From an uncultured delta proteobacterium (lineage in GTDB: Bacteria > Myxococcota > Kuafuiibacteriia > Kuafuiibacteriales > Kuafuiibacteriaceae): a stretch of DNA of 64,000 nt. A model generated the notes under the pieces. That model saw nothing but the letters and a program-made list of their open reading frames with translations, was not told where the DNA came from and searched no databases. The stretch covers positions 3,008,001 through 3,072,000 of the forward strand of contig CAWDML010000001.1 of NCBI GenBank assembly GCA_963803435.1. The letters are read 5' to 3'. Each line of letters starts with the position of its first letter. The stretch's first letter is position 1. Position numbers and translations under genes: made by a program. Of the stretch, positions 18,101 through 26,104 are shown in pieces.

Positions 18101-21100
18101 CTCTCGACCCTGGCGAAGGCGGGTCTCGCGGAGGGCGCCGACGAGTTCCGGCGGAAGCAAGGCATCTTCTACTTCGAGGGCCGGCCGCGGGGCGCGACCT
18201 CGATCTGCTTCGCGTTCTCCGGCCAGGGATCGCAGTACGCCGGGATGATGAAGGCGTTCGCGGAGACGCTCCCGCCGGTGAAGCGGATCGTGGATCGCTT
18301 CGACGTGTGGCTCACCGAGAACGGGCGCGCGCCGCTCTCGAAGATCCTCTTCTCGGGCGAGCCGATCCCGAGCGACGTCTTCCTGGTCCAGGCCGCCGTG
18401 CTGGCGGGCGATCTGATGGCGTTCGAGGCCCTGCGATCGATCGGCCTGTCGCCGGCGTTCGTCACCGGCCACTCCTTCGGCGACTACGCGGCGCTGGTGG
18501 CGGCCGGCTGCTGGTCGCTCGAGGACGCGCTCAGGGCCACGGATCTGCGGGCGCGCGCGATCGAGGCCAGCGCCGAGCCGGGGGGCATGACGAGCGTGAC
18601 CGCGTCGAAGCAACAGGTAGGTCCGGTCCTACGGGACGCCGGCGAGGCCGGCTACGTGGCGGCGGCCAACGTCAACGCGCCCGACCAGGTGGTGATCGCC
18701 GGGACCATCGCCGCGCTGGAGCGGGCGGAGGCGGCGTTTGCCAAGCAGCGGATCGAGACCCAGCGGCTCCCGATCCCGCGGGCGTTCCACTCGGCGCTCA
18801 TGGAGGGCGCCAAGGCGACGCTGGCCGCCGGGCTGAAGACGATCGCGATCGGCGCGCCGAAGGTGCGGTACCTCTCGAGCATCACCGGTCGCTTCGAGGA
18901 CGACCCGGAGCAGATCCGCCGGGCGCTGATCGATCAGCTGACCCTGCCGGTCGACTTCGTCGCGCAGGTGAAGACGCTGGCGGCAGAGGGCGCGACCGTG
19001 TTCGTCGAATGCGGTCCACGGGGCGTGCTGACCGGGCTGGTCAAGCGGATCGCGCCGGAGCTCGACGCGCTCTCCACGGACGATGCGAACCGGCCGGGAC
19101 GGTGGAGCCTGGCCCGGGTGGAGGCGCTGCTCGACGCCCGGGCGGCGGCGCTGGCGGCCGAGGCGCCGGCCGAGACGTCCCTCGCTCCGGCCGGGCCCGC
19201 GCTGGCGCTGTTCGAGGGCGAGCTTGCCGAGGCGCTGCTCGCGCGCGAAGGCTTCCGAGGCTTCTGGGAGCGGACCCGGCCCAGCATCGCGAACATGGTG
19301 CAGAGCCTGTTCGACGCCGAGCACCCCGCGCCCGAGGAGGTGGTCCTCGAGGCGCCCACGGCGGTGCCGGCCACCGCGACCGCGACGAACGTGGCCTCGC
19401 GCGCCGACGTGGAGGCCTTCGTCCTGAAGGCGCTCTGCGAGCAGTCCGGCTACCCGCCGGAGATCATCACGCTCGACGCGGACCTCGAGGCCGACCTCGG
19501 GATCGACACGGTCAAGCAGGCCCAGGTGCTCGGCAAGGTGCGCGATCAGTTCGATCTCCGCACCGACGAGAAGCTCTCTCTGCGCGACTTCCCCACGCTG
19601 CGCCACGTGCTGGAGTATGTCGACGGCCAGCTCCAGGTGGTGCGAACCACTGCGCCGCGGCGCTCGCTGGTGCCGATCGTCGACGTCACGGAGCGCCGGA
19701 CCCAGCGTCCCGAGCCCGCGCCACCGGCGCCCGATCGTGCCGCGCCGGCGCCCACGGCGGCCCCGGCGCCGAGGCAAGCCAGCTTGCGGATCGAGATCCC
19801 GGCCCCGCGGATCCGGCTCCCGAAGGACACGGCGCGTCCGGTGACCGTCCTCCATCTGCACGGGACCTCCCGGGAGATCGGCCGGCAGCACGGCGACGCC
19901 CTCCGCGATCCCATCCTGGAGGTCATGCACGAGTACCTCTCGTTCGTCGGCGACCAGGGGATCGATCTGCTGACGCACCCCGATACGCTGCCGCGGCTGC
20001 ACGGGCTGTTCGATGCGCCCAGCATCGAGGAGATCGAGGGCGTCGCGGAGGCGATCGGCGTGCCCTACGTCTATCTCCTCGCGTACAACCTCGACGCAGC
20101 GCTCTTCCCGGTCTTCGCGGGTGGCTGCACTCAATCCGTCCGTATGGCGAAGGACAACGGCGGCTCGATGATCCACCTGGTCAACGAGGACTCGCCGTTG
20201 TTGCTCCATCTGGGCGGAGTCCACCCGCGCGTGGTGCAGATCCGCCGGCGCACGGACGGACCCCAGCCAGAGCGGCGCACCGTCTTCTTCTCGCTGTCGG
20301 GACAGATCGTCGGGCCGAACGCGGTCAGCGACACGGGTCTCACCGTCACCAGCACCACGCTGCTCGACGGTCGCGATCCGGAGCAGCTCCCCGAAGGCCT
20401 CCCCCACCCGCAGATCGTCAAGCGGATCGCCGAGGAGGCGCGCTCGCTGGACGAGGCCATGCAGATCGCCCGGGATGCGCGGCGCGCAGGCCGCTGGAGC
20501 CTCCTGGTCTCCGACATGCGGGCGGATCGCGCGTGCTATCTCGAGTACGACGCGGAGCGGATCCTGACCGACGAGGAGATCGAGCGGACCGTGGTGACCA
20601 CGAACCATTCGATCTGCGAGCCGGCCGCCGGCTGCAGCGTTCCCGAGCACAGCGCCCATCGCGAGGCCCGCGCGCGGACGCTCCTCTCCGAGGCGTCCGT
20701 CCTCACCGTCGAGCGGGCGCAAGCCATCCTGCGCGATCGGCACGACGCGGGCCGAGGTCGCGAGGTGCCGCATCCGACGATGAACACGGTCCGCCGCGTC
20801 GACAACGTCATGAGCCTGGTGGTCGATCCGTCGGCCGGAGAGCTGTGGGTGACCGATCGCGTCCAGGGCGCCGGCACCGGCGAGTCCGACGCGGCCTCCT
20901 TCATGAAGATCGCGTACGCGCCGCGCCGGGAGGAGCGCAGCTGGAACCCGCCGGCGGGCGAGGTGCCGGAGATCCGGACGCGGAGCGTCGCGCCCAGGTC
21001 CGAGCTGATGGCGCGGACCGAGCCGGTGGCCCGCTTCACCTCCAGCGGCGCCGGGCTGGCGGGGCTCGAAGAGGTGATGCGCCGCTACGTGATCCGAGCC

Positions 21101-23440
21101 GTGGCGGAAGAGGCACCCGCGCCGCGGGAGAAGTGGCGGCCGCGCCGGTGTCTGATCGCCGGGGACGGTCCGTTCGCCGCGGCGATCGCGAGCGCGATCG
21201 GCGCCCGGGGGGTCGAGGTGCGCGTCGAGCCCAACTGTCAGGGTGCGCTTCGGGTGCTGGAGGGCTTCCGGCCGGACGCCCTCGGGATCGTGCTCGCGCC
21301 GTCCGAGACGCCGGCGTGGGAGCTCAATGTCGCCGCCTGGCGGGAGCGCCGGGAGTCGGCGGTGTCCTCTCCGTTCCGCCTCCTCCGTGCGTTTCGCGGG
21401 CGGGGCAGCGTGTTCGGCGTGACGTTCCTCGGCGGAGCGCTCGGGTTCGAGAACACCGCCCAGTGCGCCGGCGAGCAGGGCGCCCTCCTCGGGCTGCTCA
21501 AGGCGGTGCGGCGCGAGCTGGGCGTCCAGGTGCAGGCGCTCGACCTGTCGCCCTCGGAGACGCCCGAGGTGGCGGCCGACGTGCTGCTCGGCGAGCTCGA
21601 CGCGGGCTCGCCGCGGCTCGAAGTCGGTCTCCTGCGGAAGAAGCGGATGCGACTGGTGCTGGCCGAACGCCCTGCTGGCCCGGGGGACGGCCCGCCGCTG
21701 CCGCGGAGATGGCTGGTGACCGGAGGCGCCCGCGGGATCACCGCGAAGATGTGCATTCGTCTGGCCGAGCTGTGTCAACCCGACTTGCATCTGGTGGGTC
21801 GCCACCGGCTGCCGCCGTCGCGGGAGCTGGCGCAACTACGCGCGCTCGACGCGGCCGGCCTGGCCGCCGAGAAGCAGGCGCTGCTCGAGCGCATGAAGAG
21901 CGCCGGTCCCTCGTTCACTCCGCTCGCCTGGAAGAACGCGTGCGAGGCGATCGACAAGTCGCTGGAGATCGACGCGAACCTCGAGGCCATGCGGGCGGCC
22001 GGGAGCGAGGTCCACTACCACGTCGCGGACGTCGCCGATCGCGAGGCGATGCGCGCGCTGCTGGCAGCGGCGGGCCCGCTCGAGGGCTTGCTCCACGGCG
22101 CCGGGGTCGAGGTCGCCAAGCCGCTCGACAAGAAGACCGACGGGCTGTTCGAGCAGACCGTCTCTCCCAAGATCGACGGCCTGGTGAACCTGCTCGCGCT
22201 CACCCGCGAGCGGCCGTTCTCGCGGATCGTCGCGTTCGGATCGGTGTCGGGTCGCTTCGGCGGGCACGGTCAGGCCGACTACTCGCTGGCCAACGAGGGG
22301 CTGTCGCGGCTCCTCCAGCAGGCCCGGCGGGTGATCGGCGGCCAGGTCACCGTGATCGATTGGGCCGCCTTCAGCGAGGTGGGCCTGGCGGCGCGATCGT
22401 CCGCGAAGACGTTCCTCGAGCGCTCGGGGCAGGCGTTCATGACGCCGGCCGAGGGCGCGAACCACCTCGTGCGCGAGCTGTGGTCGGACGGGCGCGAGGG
22501 CGAGGTCGTGATCTCGGAGCGCATGGAGGCGCTCGATCTCGATCGGTTGATGATCCCGGAGCCCGAGCGGCTGGGTTGGCTGTCGGCGGCCTCGAGCTGC
22601 GCGGCCTCGCCGATGTTGCAGACGCTGATCCTCGACGGCGAGCGGACGGTGGCGGAGCGAACTCTCTCGGCGAGCGAGCCGTTCCTCGATCAGCATCGAA
22701 TGGGCGCGACGCCGATCCTGCCGGCGGTGATCGGGCTGGAGCTGATGGCGGAGTTGGCTGCGCTGCGGGCCCCCGCCTCGAGCCTGGCCGAGGTGCGGAT
22801 CGAGCAGCCGCTCAAGGTGCCCGAAGGCGCGCGGGTGGTGGTGCGCGTGGAGCGCTCCGGTGACGCGGTGAGGGTGGTGTCGACGCCGGTGCGTCCCGAC
22901 GGCGTGGTGCTCGAGCCGGACCGCGTCTTCGTGCGCGGGCGGCTGGTGCCGGCGGCTCCGCCGGTGGCGAAGGAGCGGGGCCGTCCCTCCGAGCTGCTCC
23001 CCTATCCGTATCCGAGCGCCATCGACCGGACGCCGGGATCGCGCGCGATCTTCCACGGCCCGGTGTTCCGATGTCTCCAGGGCGTCGCCGCGGTCGAGGG
23101 CGGCGGGATCGGCCGCCTGCTGGTGCCGTCGCCGACCTCGCTGGTCCCGGGCTCGCGGGTCGAGCGCTGGCGGATCCCGGCGGCGCTGCTCGATGGCTGC
23201 CTGCAGGCGGTCGGGTTGCTCGGGCGTCTCGCCTACTCGGCGATCGCGCTCCCGGCCGGCTTCGGGCGCGTCGACGTGGCGCCCCGCGCGCTGGAGGCGG
23301 CCGGCGAGGAGGTCCAGCTGGTGATCGAGTTCCGCGAGGTGACCCGCGAGGTCCTGGTGGCCGACTTCTCGGTCATGGCCGCCGACGGGCCCCTGCTGTC
23401 GGTGACGGGCTACCGCGCGCAGGTGGTGCCAGATACGTGA
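15125..23440 (+). CDS. Iterative type I PKS / PUFA-synthase-like megasynthase: KS-KS-AT-ACP-C45(Ntn)-KR-DH
   Basis: KS1 DAACASS/EGHATST/KGNIGH; KS2 DAACASS/ECHGGAT/KSNVGH; AT GQGSQ/GHSFG/AFHS; ACP LEADLGIDTVK; C45-like GGCT; KR TGGARGIT/HGAG/YSLAN; DH HRMGATPILP/LLDGCLQ. Confidence 0.92.
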   Translation: MRDVPIAVVGLACRFPGANDADTYWENILKDVYSIAPLPPERFHEARYFDPEIGAYGKSYCMLGGLVDPPTFDPAAFRMPPKVVASTDEAHLWALDVARCTFEDAGYDLAAIEGANIGVVIGHARGSMLTSDMGFATAVEGMLPALRDVPALRELSLPELERRVVRAIHDRYPKRTEDGGTGTMTSALAGLITNTFGLTGRHMVVDAACASSFAALDIGISGLTQGRLDAALVGGASYSQEMSVVMFAQSRALSPDGSYPFDQRANGFISSDGFGLVLLKRLDDALANGDRIRAVIRGVAGSCDGKGKALWAPRKEGQTLAMARAYRIAGVDPASIGLIEGHATSTPLGDRTELEALHEFFRSNGGPSAPLPIGSVKGNIGHAREAAGAAGLIKAILALEHATLPPTGNFRTASSEIPWQDLAVEVITAPRPWKSDGVRRAGVDAFGIGGLNYHVIVEEAPRARPQVPVTAAVEPARADIAIVGIGGKFPRANTVSRFWENLIDARDLASPVPPDRWDRAIYYAPGDRQHYRTYLDQGAFITDFEPDWRRYKVPPKLIERNDPLQFMILESALDAFADAGIDVEQIDRERVSVIVGSVFGSDYALELSLAIRALELAETVVTEAGRQDDTALFDQVLAALRSRFPSINEDSSGSFSSSTLASRTAKTLDLMGPAYAIDAACASSLASLEAGCELLRNGTVDLVAYAGADRGMRVQRYEAYCQFYALTKGQPRPFDRNADGFLPGEGAAVCILKRLEDAERDGDHVYAVIKGVGSSGNGTRGGLHKPSALGLSTAMRRAVAQARIDRDEVRFIECHGGATPLGDRTEVESIREAYGEEAPRLLGSVKSNVGHTQGAAGVIALVKTALAIDRGEVPPTRGFEEPHPDHRFGEQLRVNQVREALQPGRSGLLAAGVSSMGLAGVNYHAVLQSHPRLTGRAEKRSTVFRISDLSRQALQARLAATDPHALHAEERIGEGAHVVSVAALDERDLESALSTLAKAGLAEGADEFRRKQGIFYFEGRPRGATSICFAFSGQGSQYAGMMKAFAETLPPVKRIVDRFDVWLTENGRAPLSKILFSGEPIPSDVFLVQAAVLAGDLMAFEALRSIGLSPAFVTGHSFGDYAALVAAGCWSLEDALRATDLRARAIEASAEPGGMTSVTASKQQVGPVLRDAGEAGYVAAANVNAPDQVVIAGTIAALERAEAAFAKQRIETQRLPIPRAFHSALMEGAKATLAAGLKTIAIGAPKVRYLSSITGRFEDDPEQIRRALIDQLTLPVDFVAQVKTLAAEGATVFVECGPRGVLTGLVKRIAPELDALSTDDANRPGRWSLARVEALLDARAAALAAEAPAETSLAPAGPALALFEGELAEALLAREGFRGFWERTRPSIANMVQSLFDAEHPAPEEVVLEAPTAVPATATATNVASRADVEAFVLKALCEQSGYPPEIITLDADLEADLGIDTVKQAQVLGKVRDQFDLRTDEKLSLRDFPTLRHVLEYVDGQLQVVRTTAPRRSLVPIVDVTERRTQRPEPAPPAPDRAAPAPTAAPAPRQASLRIEIPAPRIRLPKDTARPVTVLHLHGTSREIGRQHGDALRDPILEVMHEYLSFVGDQGIDLLTHPDTLPRLHGLFDAPSIEEIEGVAEAIGVPYVYLLAYNLDAALFPVFAGGCTQSVRMAKDNGGSMIHLVNEDSPLLLHLGGVHPRVVQIRRRTDGPQPERRTVFFSLSGQIVGPNAVSDTGLTVTSTTLLDGRDPEQLPEGLPHPQIVKRIAEEARSLDEAMQIARDARRAGRWSLLVSDMRADRACYLEYDAERILTDEEIERTVVTTNHSICEPAAGCSVPEHSAHREARARTLLSEASVLTVERAQAILRDRHDAGRGREVPHPTMNTVRRVDNVMSLVVDPSAGELWVTDRVQGAGTGESDAASFMKIAYAPRREERSWNPPAGEVPEIRTRSVAPRSELMARTEPVARFTSSGAGLAGLEEVMRRYVIRAVAEEAPAPREKWRPRRCLIAGDGPFAAAIASAIGARGVEVRVEPNCQGALRVLEGFRPDALGIVLAPSETPAWELNVAAWRERRESAVSSPFRLLRAFRGRGSVFGVTFLGGALGFENTAQCAGEQGALLGLLKAVRRELGVQVQALDLSPSETPEVAADVLLGELDAGSPRLEVGLLRKKRMRLVLAERPAGPGDGPPLPRRWLVTGGARGITAKMCIRLAELCQPDLHLVGRHRLPPSRELAQLRALDAAGLAAEKQALLERMKSAGPSFTPLAWKNACEAIDKSLEIDANLEAMRAAGSEVHYHVADVADREAMRALLAAAGPLEGLLHGAGVEVAKPLDKKTDGLFEQTVSPKIDGLVNLLALTRERPFSRIVAFGSVSGRFGGHGQADYSLANEGLSRLLQQARRVIGGQVTVIDWAAFSEVGLAARSSAKTFLERSGQAFMTPAEGANHLVRELWSDGREGEVVISERMEALDLDRLMIPEPERLGWLSAASSCAASPMLQTLILDGERTVAERTLSASEPFLDQHRMGATPILPAVIGLELMAELAALRAPASSLAEVRIEQPLKVPEGARVVVRVERSGDAVRVVSTPVRPDGVVLEPDRVFVRGRLVPAAPPVAKERGRPSELLPYPYPSAIDRTPGSRAIFHGPVFRCLQGVAAVEGGGIGRLLVPSPTSLVPGSRVERWRIPAALLDGCLQAVGLLGRLAYSAIALPAGFGRVDVAPRALEAAGEEVQLVIEFREVTREVLVADFSVMAADGPLLSVTGYRAQVVPDT

Positions 23441-23465
23441 GCCGGGGCCCGCTCGGGCCCAGGCG

Positions 23466-25184
23466 TCACTCGGTGGCCAGCACCAGTCTCGACTCGCCGT
23501 CGAGATAGATCGTGTTCACGAGCGGCGTGCCGGACTCTCCCATGCCCAGCGCATCGGCGCCGTTCCCCGGGTTCCTGGCGAAGCGCGGGTAGTTGCTGCC
23601 GCTGAGGATCAGACCGATCCGGTGTCCGGCGGCGAACGTGTACGCGAGCTCCGACGTCATGTAGATCGAGAGGCGATAGCGCTCCCCGGGCGTGACCGTC
23701 GAGGGCGCGCTGTAGGCGTCCCTGAGCTTGAGCCGGCGGATGCCCTCTGCGATCAGCAGGTGCTCACCGGCCGGCGAGACGTCGGTGAGCCTCACCGCGA
23801 GATCGGTGTCGGCGCCCGTGGTGCTCAACGCGATCTCGACGGTGATCGGACCGCGGAGTCGCAGCGGCGCATCGAGCGGCGCGCTGGTGAACGCGCGAGC
23901 GTCGTCGCGGTCGAGCACGCGCGTCTGCGGCTGCGGACCGTGCGCGAGCACCGGCAGCAGCGTCGCGCCGCCGGTGCTTGGCGACGGATCGGCCGGATCG
24001 TACGGGATCGCTACGGTCGCGCTCACGGCCGGCGCGACCTCGGCGAGCCGATCGCCCGGCGCGAGATAGAAGGGACGCTCGGAGGTCACTGCGGGCGGCC
24101 AGCGATCGCCGCTCTCCCAGGCGTCCTCGCCGCTCGCCCGGTAGCGGACCTGCGACCATCGCTCCGCTTCGCTCGGTCGCCCGCGGAGGTGGAGGTCGAA
24201 GAACGCCAGCGCATCCTCTTGAACGCGCTTGTCGACGTCGAGATAGGCGGGATCGATCCCGTCCGCGTTCCCGCCCTCGCCGCCCGTTGCGAAGTGAACC
24301 CAGGGCCCGATCAGCAGGCGGTGCTCGTCGCGGACCGCCGGATCGCCCGCGCTCGCGAGCGCGTCGAAGGTGCGGAACGAGCCAATCGGGTAGAGATCGT
24401 ACCAGCCCGCCACCACCAGCGTGGGGACGCCGATCGCGGCCGGATCGATCGCCTGTCCGCTCAGGCGCCAGAGGTTGTCCTGGTAGGGATGATCGCGGAA
24501 CAGGTCGGCACCGAAGTACGCCCCCAGAAACGCGACGTACTCCTCGCGGAGGACGCCGCCCGGATAGACCTGCAGGTAGTCGGTGTTCATCTCGCAGAAG
24601 ATCGGGACCGCCGCCGACAGATGCGGCGGACGCTGCGCAGCGGTGCGGTACTGCTGAACGCAGAGCGCGGAGACACCGTAGGTTCCGACACGACCGTTCG
24701 ACCAGGGCTGCGCGGCGATCCACTCGACCGTGTCGTAGCCGTCCTGGCCGTACGGCTGCGCGCCCTCGACGCGGGCGTCCGTCGATCCGAAGAAGCCGCG
24801 CCAGTCGACCACCACCACCGCGTAGTCGAGGCTGTCGAACAGCGGCTGCGGAGAGGTCGGCTCGAGCCAGCTGCCGCGCGTCGCATTCTTGTCGTAGGGC
24901 GTCTGGATCAGGATCGTCGGCAGGCGGCAGTCGGACGGCGCCCGCACCAGCGCGGAGAGCGATCGGTCGTCCCGCATCGGGATCGAGACCTCCCGGACCT
25001 CGGGCGTGGCACAGGCCGGCGGGCCGGCGTCGGGCTCGACCATGGCGTCACCGGGACCCGCGTCCCCGGCGGAGCCCGCGTCCGCCGCGTCCTTGCCGGC
25101 GTCGAGGGTCGTGCTGCCTTCGGCGCACGCGACGCCGAGCGAGAGGAGCAAAAAACCGAGACGGGATCGCATCGTCTGCTCCAA
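23466..25184 (-). CDS. CocE/NonD-family alpha/beta hydrolase, predicted lipoprotein
   Basis: Lipobox LGVAC; IPMRD, TPY, DWRGFFGS, DGYDTVEWIAAQPWSNGRVG, nucleophile elbow GVSAL, GWYD, GPWVH; C-terminal PepX-like domain with SNYPRF. Confidence 0.88.
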   Translation of the reverse strand: MEQTMRSRLGFLLLSLGVACAEGSTTLDAGKDAADAGSAGDAGPGDAMVEPDAGPPACATPEVREVSIPMRDDRSLSALVRAPSDCRLPTILIQTPYDKNATRGSWLEPTSPQPLFDSLDYAVVVVDWRGFFGSTDARVEGAQPYGQDGYDTVEWIAAQPWSNGRVGTYGVSALCVQQYRTAAQRPPHLSAAVPIFCEMNTDYLQVYPGGVLREEYVAFLGAYFGADLFRDHPYQDNLWRLSGQAIDPAAIGVPTLVVAGWYDLYPIGSFRTFDALASAGDPAVRDEHRLLIGPWVHFATGGEGGNADGIDPAYLDVDKRVQEDALAFFDLHLRGRPSEAERWSQVRYRASGEDAWESGDRWPPAVTSERPFYLAPGDRLAEVAPAVSATVAIPYDPADPSPSTGGATLLPVLAHGPQPQTRVLDRDDARAFTSAPLDAPLRLRGPITVEIALSTTGADTDLAVRLTDVSPAGEHLLIAEGIRRLKLRDAYSAPSTVTPGERYRLSIYMTSELAYTFAAGHRIGLILSGSNYPRFARNPGNGADALGMGESGTPLVNTIYLDGESRLVLATE

Positions 25185-25225
25185 CCCGGCGGCCGGGGAG
25201 AAGTTGCGCTATCGTCGGGCGGTCG

Positions 25226-25861
25226 ATGCGGTTCTCCACCGTCTCCGTGAGCGAGGTCTGGGCGGCCCGCGAGACCCTGTTGTCGGGTCTCACGCCCGCC
25301 GAGCGTGAGGTGTTCGATCAGCTGGCCGTCGACAAGCGCCGCCACGAGTGGTTCGCCGGCCGGATCGCGGCCAAGCGCGCGGTCCAGCGGGAGCTCGGGC
25401 TGCCGTTTCCGCGGCTCGAGATCCGTCTCGAGGAGAGCGGACGTCCCCTGCTCTTCGTCGATGAGAGACCGAGCGCGCTTCACCTCTCGATCACGCACTC
25501 GGGCGGGATCGCGGCGGCGATCGCGGCCTCACACCCGATCGGTCTCGACGTCGAACGGATCGAGCCGCGCGATCACACCTTCGAGGCGCTGGTGCTCACC
25601 GACGGCGACCGGTCGCGCCTCGACGGGCTCACCGGACCGGCGCGGGACGAGTCGCTGACGCTGCTGTGGTGTGAGAAGGAGGCCTACGCAAAGCTCGAGG
25701 GGAGCGGTCTTCGCATCCCCTTTGCGGACCTGGTGGTTCCGGCTCACGTCGCCGTGGAGCGCGGGACGCTCGCCGTGGGGGGCGTGCCCTTCGCCTTCGC
25801 GATCGTGATAGCGTCCGCCGAATGGCTGACTACACCTGCCCCCGCTGCCAAGGACCCGTGA
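25226..25861 (+). CDS. Sfp-type 4'-phosphopantetheinyl transferase
   Basis: RRHEWFAGRIAAK, GRP, LSITHS, IGLDVE, WCEKEAYAK..G.GL. Confidence 0.88.
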   Translation: MRFSTVSVSEVWAARETLLSGLTPAEREVFDQLAVDKRRHEWFAGRIAAKRAVQRELGLPFPRLEIRLEESGRPLLFVDERPSALHLSITHSGGIAAAIAASHPIGLDVERIEPRDHTFEALVLTDGDRSRLDGLTGPARDESLTLLWCEKEAYAKLEGSGLRIPFADLVVPAHVAVERGTLAVGGVPFAFAIVIASAEWLTTPAPAAKDP

Positions 25862-26085
25862 CCCGCGGCCAGAGCGGCGCCGTGTCGCGACAGTTCGGAG
25901 TCGCGGGTCTCCTGATCGGAATGGCGCTGGCGGGGTTTCAGTGCGTCAAGTGTGGGTCGATCCCCAAGAACGAGTTCCCGCCCGACGTGCGCTCGCAGAT
26001 GGCGCGCGGGTCCGTGACGATGGTCGTCATCGGCGTAGCGGTGCTGGGCGCCGCGATCGCGGTTGTGGTTGCCCTGAACTCGTGA
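25822..26085 (+). CDS. Small zinc-ribbon membrane protein
   Basis: CPRC and CVKC pairs with two hydrophobic segments. Confidence 0.6.
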   Translation: MADYTCPRCQGPVTRGQSGAVSRQFGVAGLLIGMALAGFQCVKCGSIPKNEFPPDVRSQMARGSVTMVVIGVAVLGAAIAVVVALNS

Positions 26086-26104
26086 CCGTGGTGAGCACGG
26101 CTCG

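Noticed and set aside
16054-22863. 2269-aa alternative-frame ORF inside the PKS, and other long overlapping ORFs (e.g. 9795-14150, 18629-21835, 7030-9036)
   Set aside because: Arg/Gly/Ala-rich or antisense shadow frames expected in high-GC DNA; no motifs, and the real genes occupy other frames.
24739-24749. GCCAGGACGGC (minus strand) within the CocE gene
   Set aside because: It encodes the conserved GQDGYD motif of the enzyme, and the flanks do not match the element.
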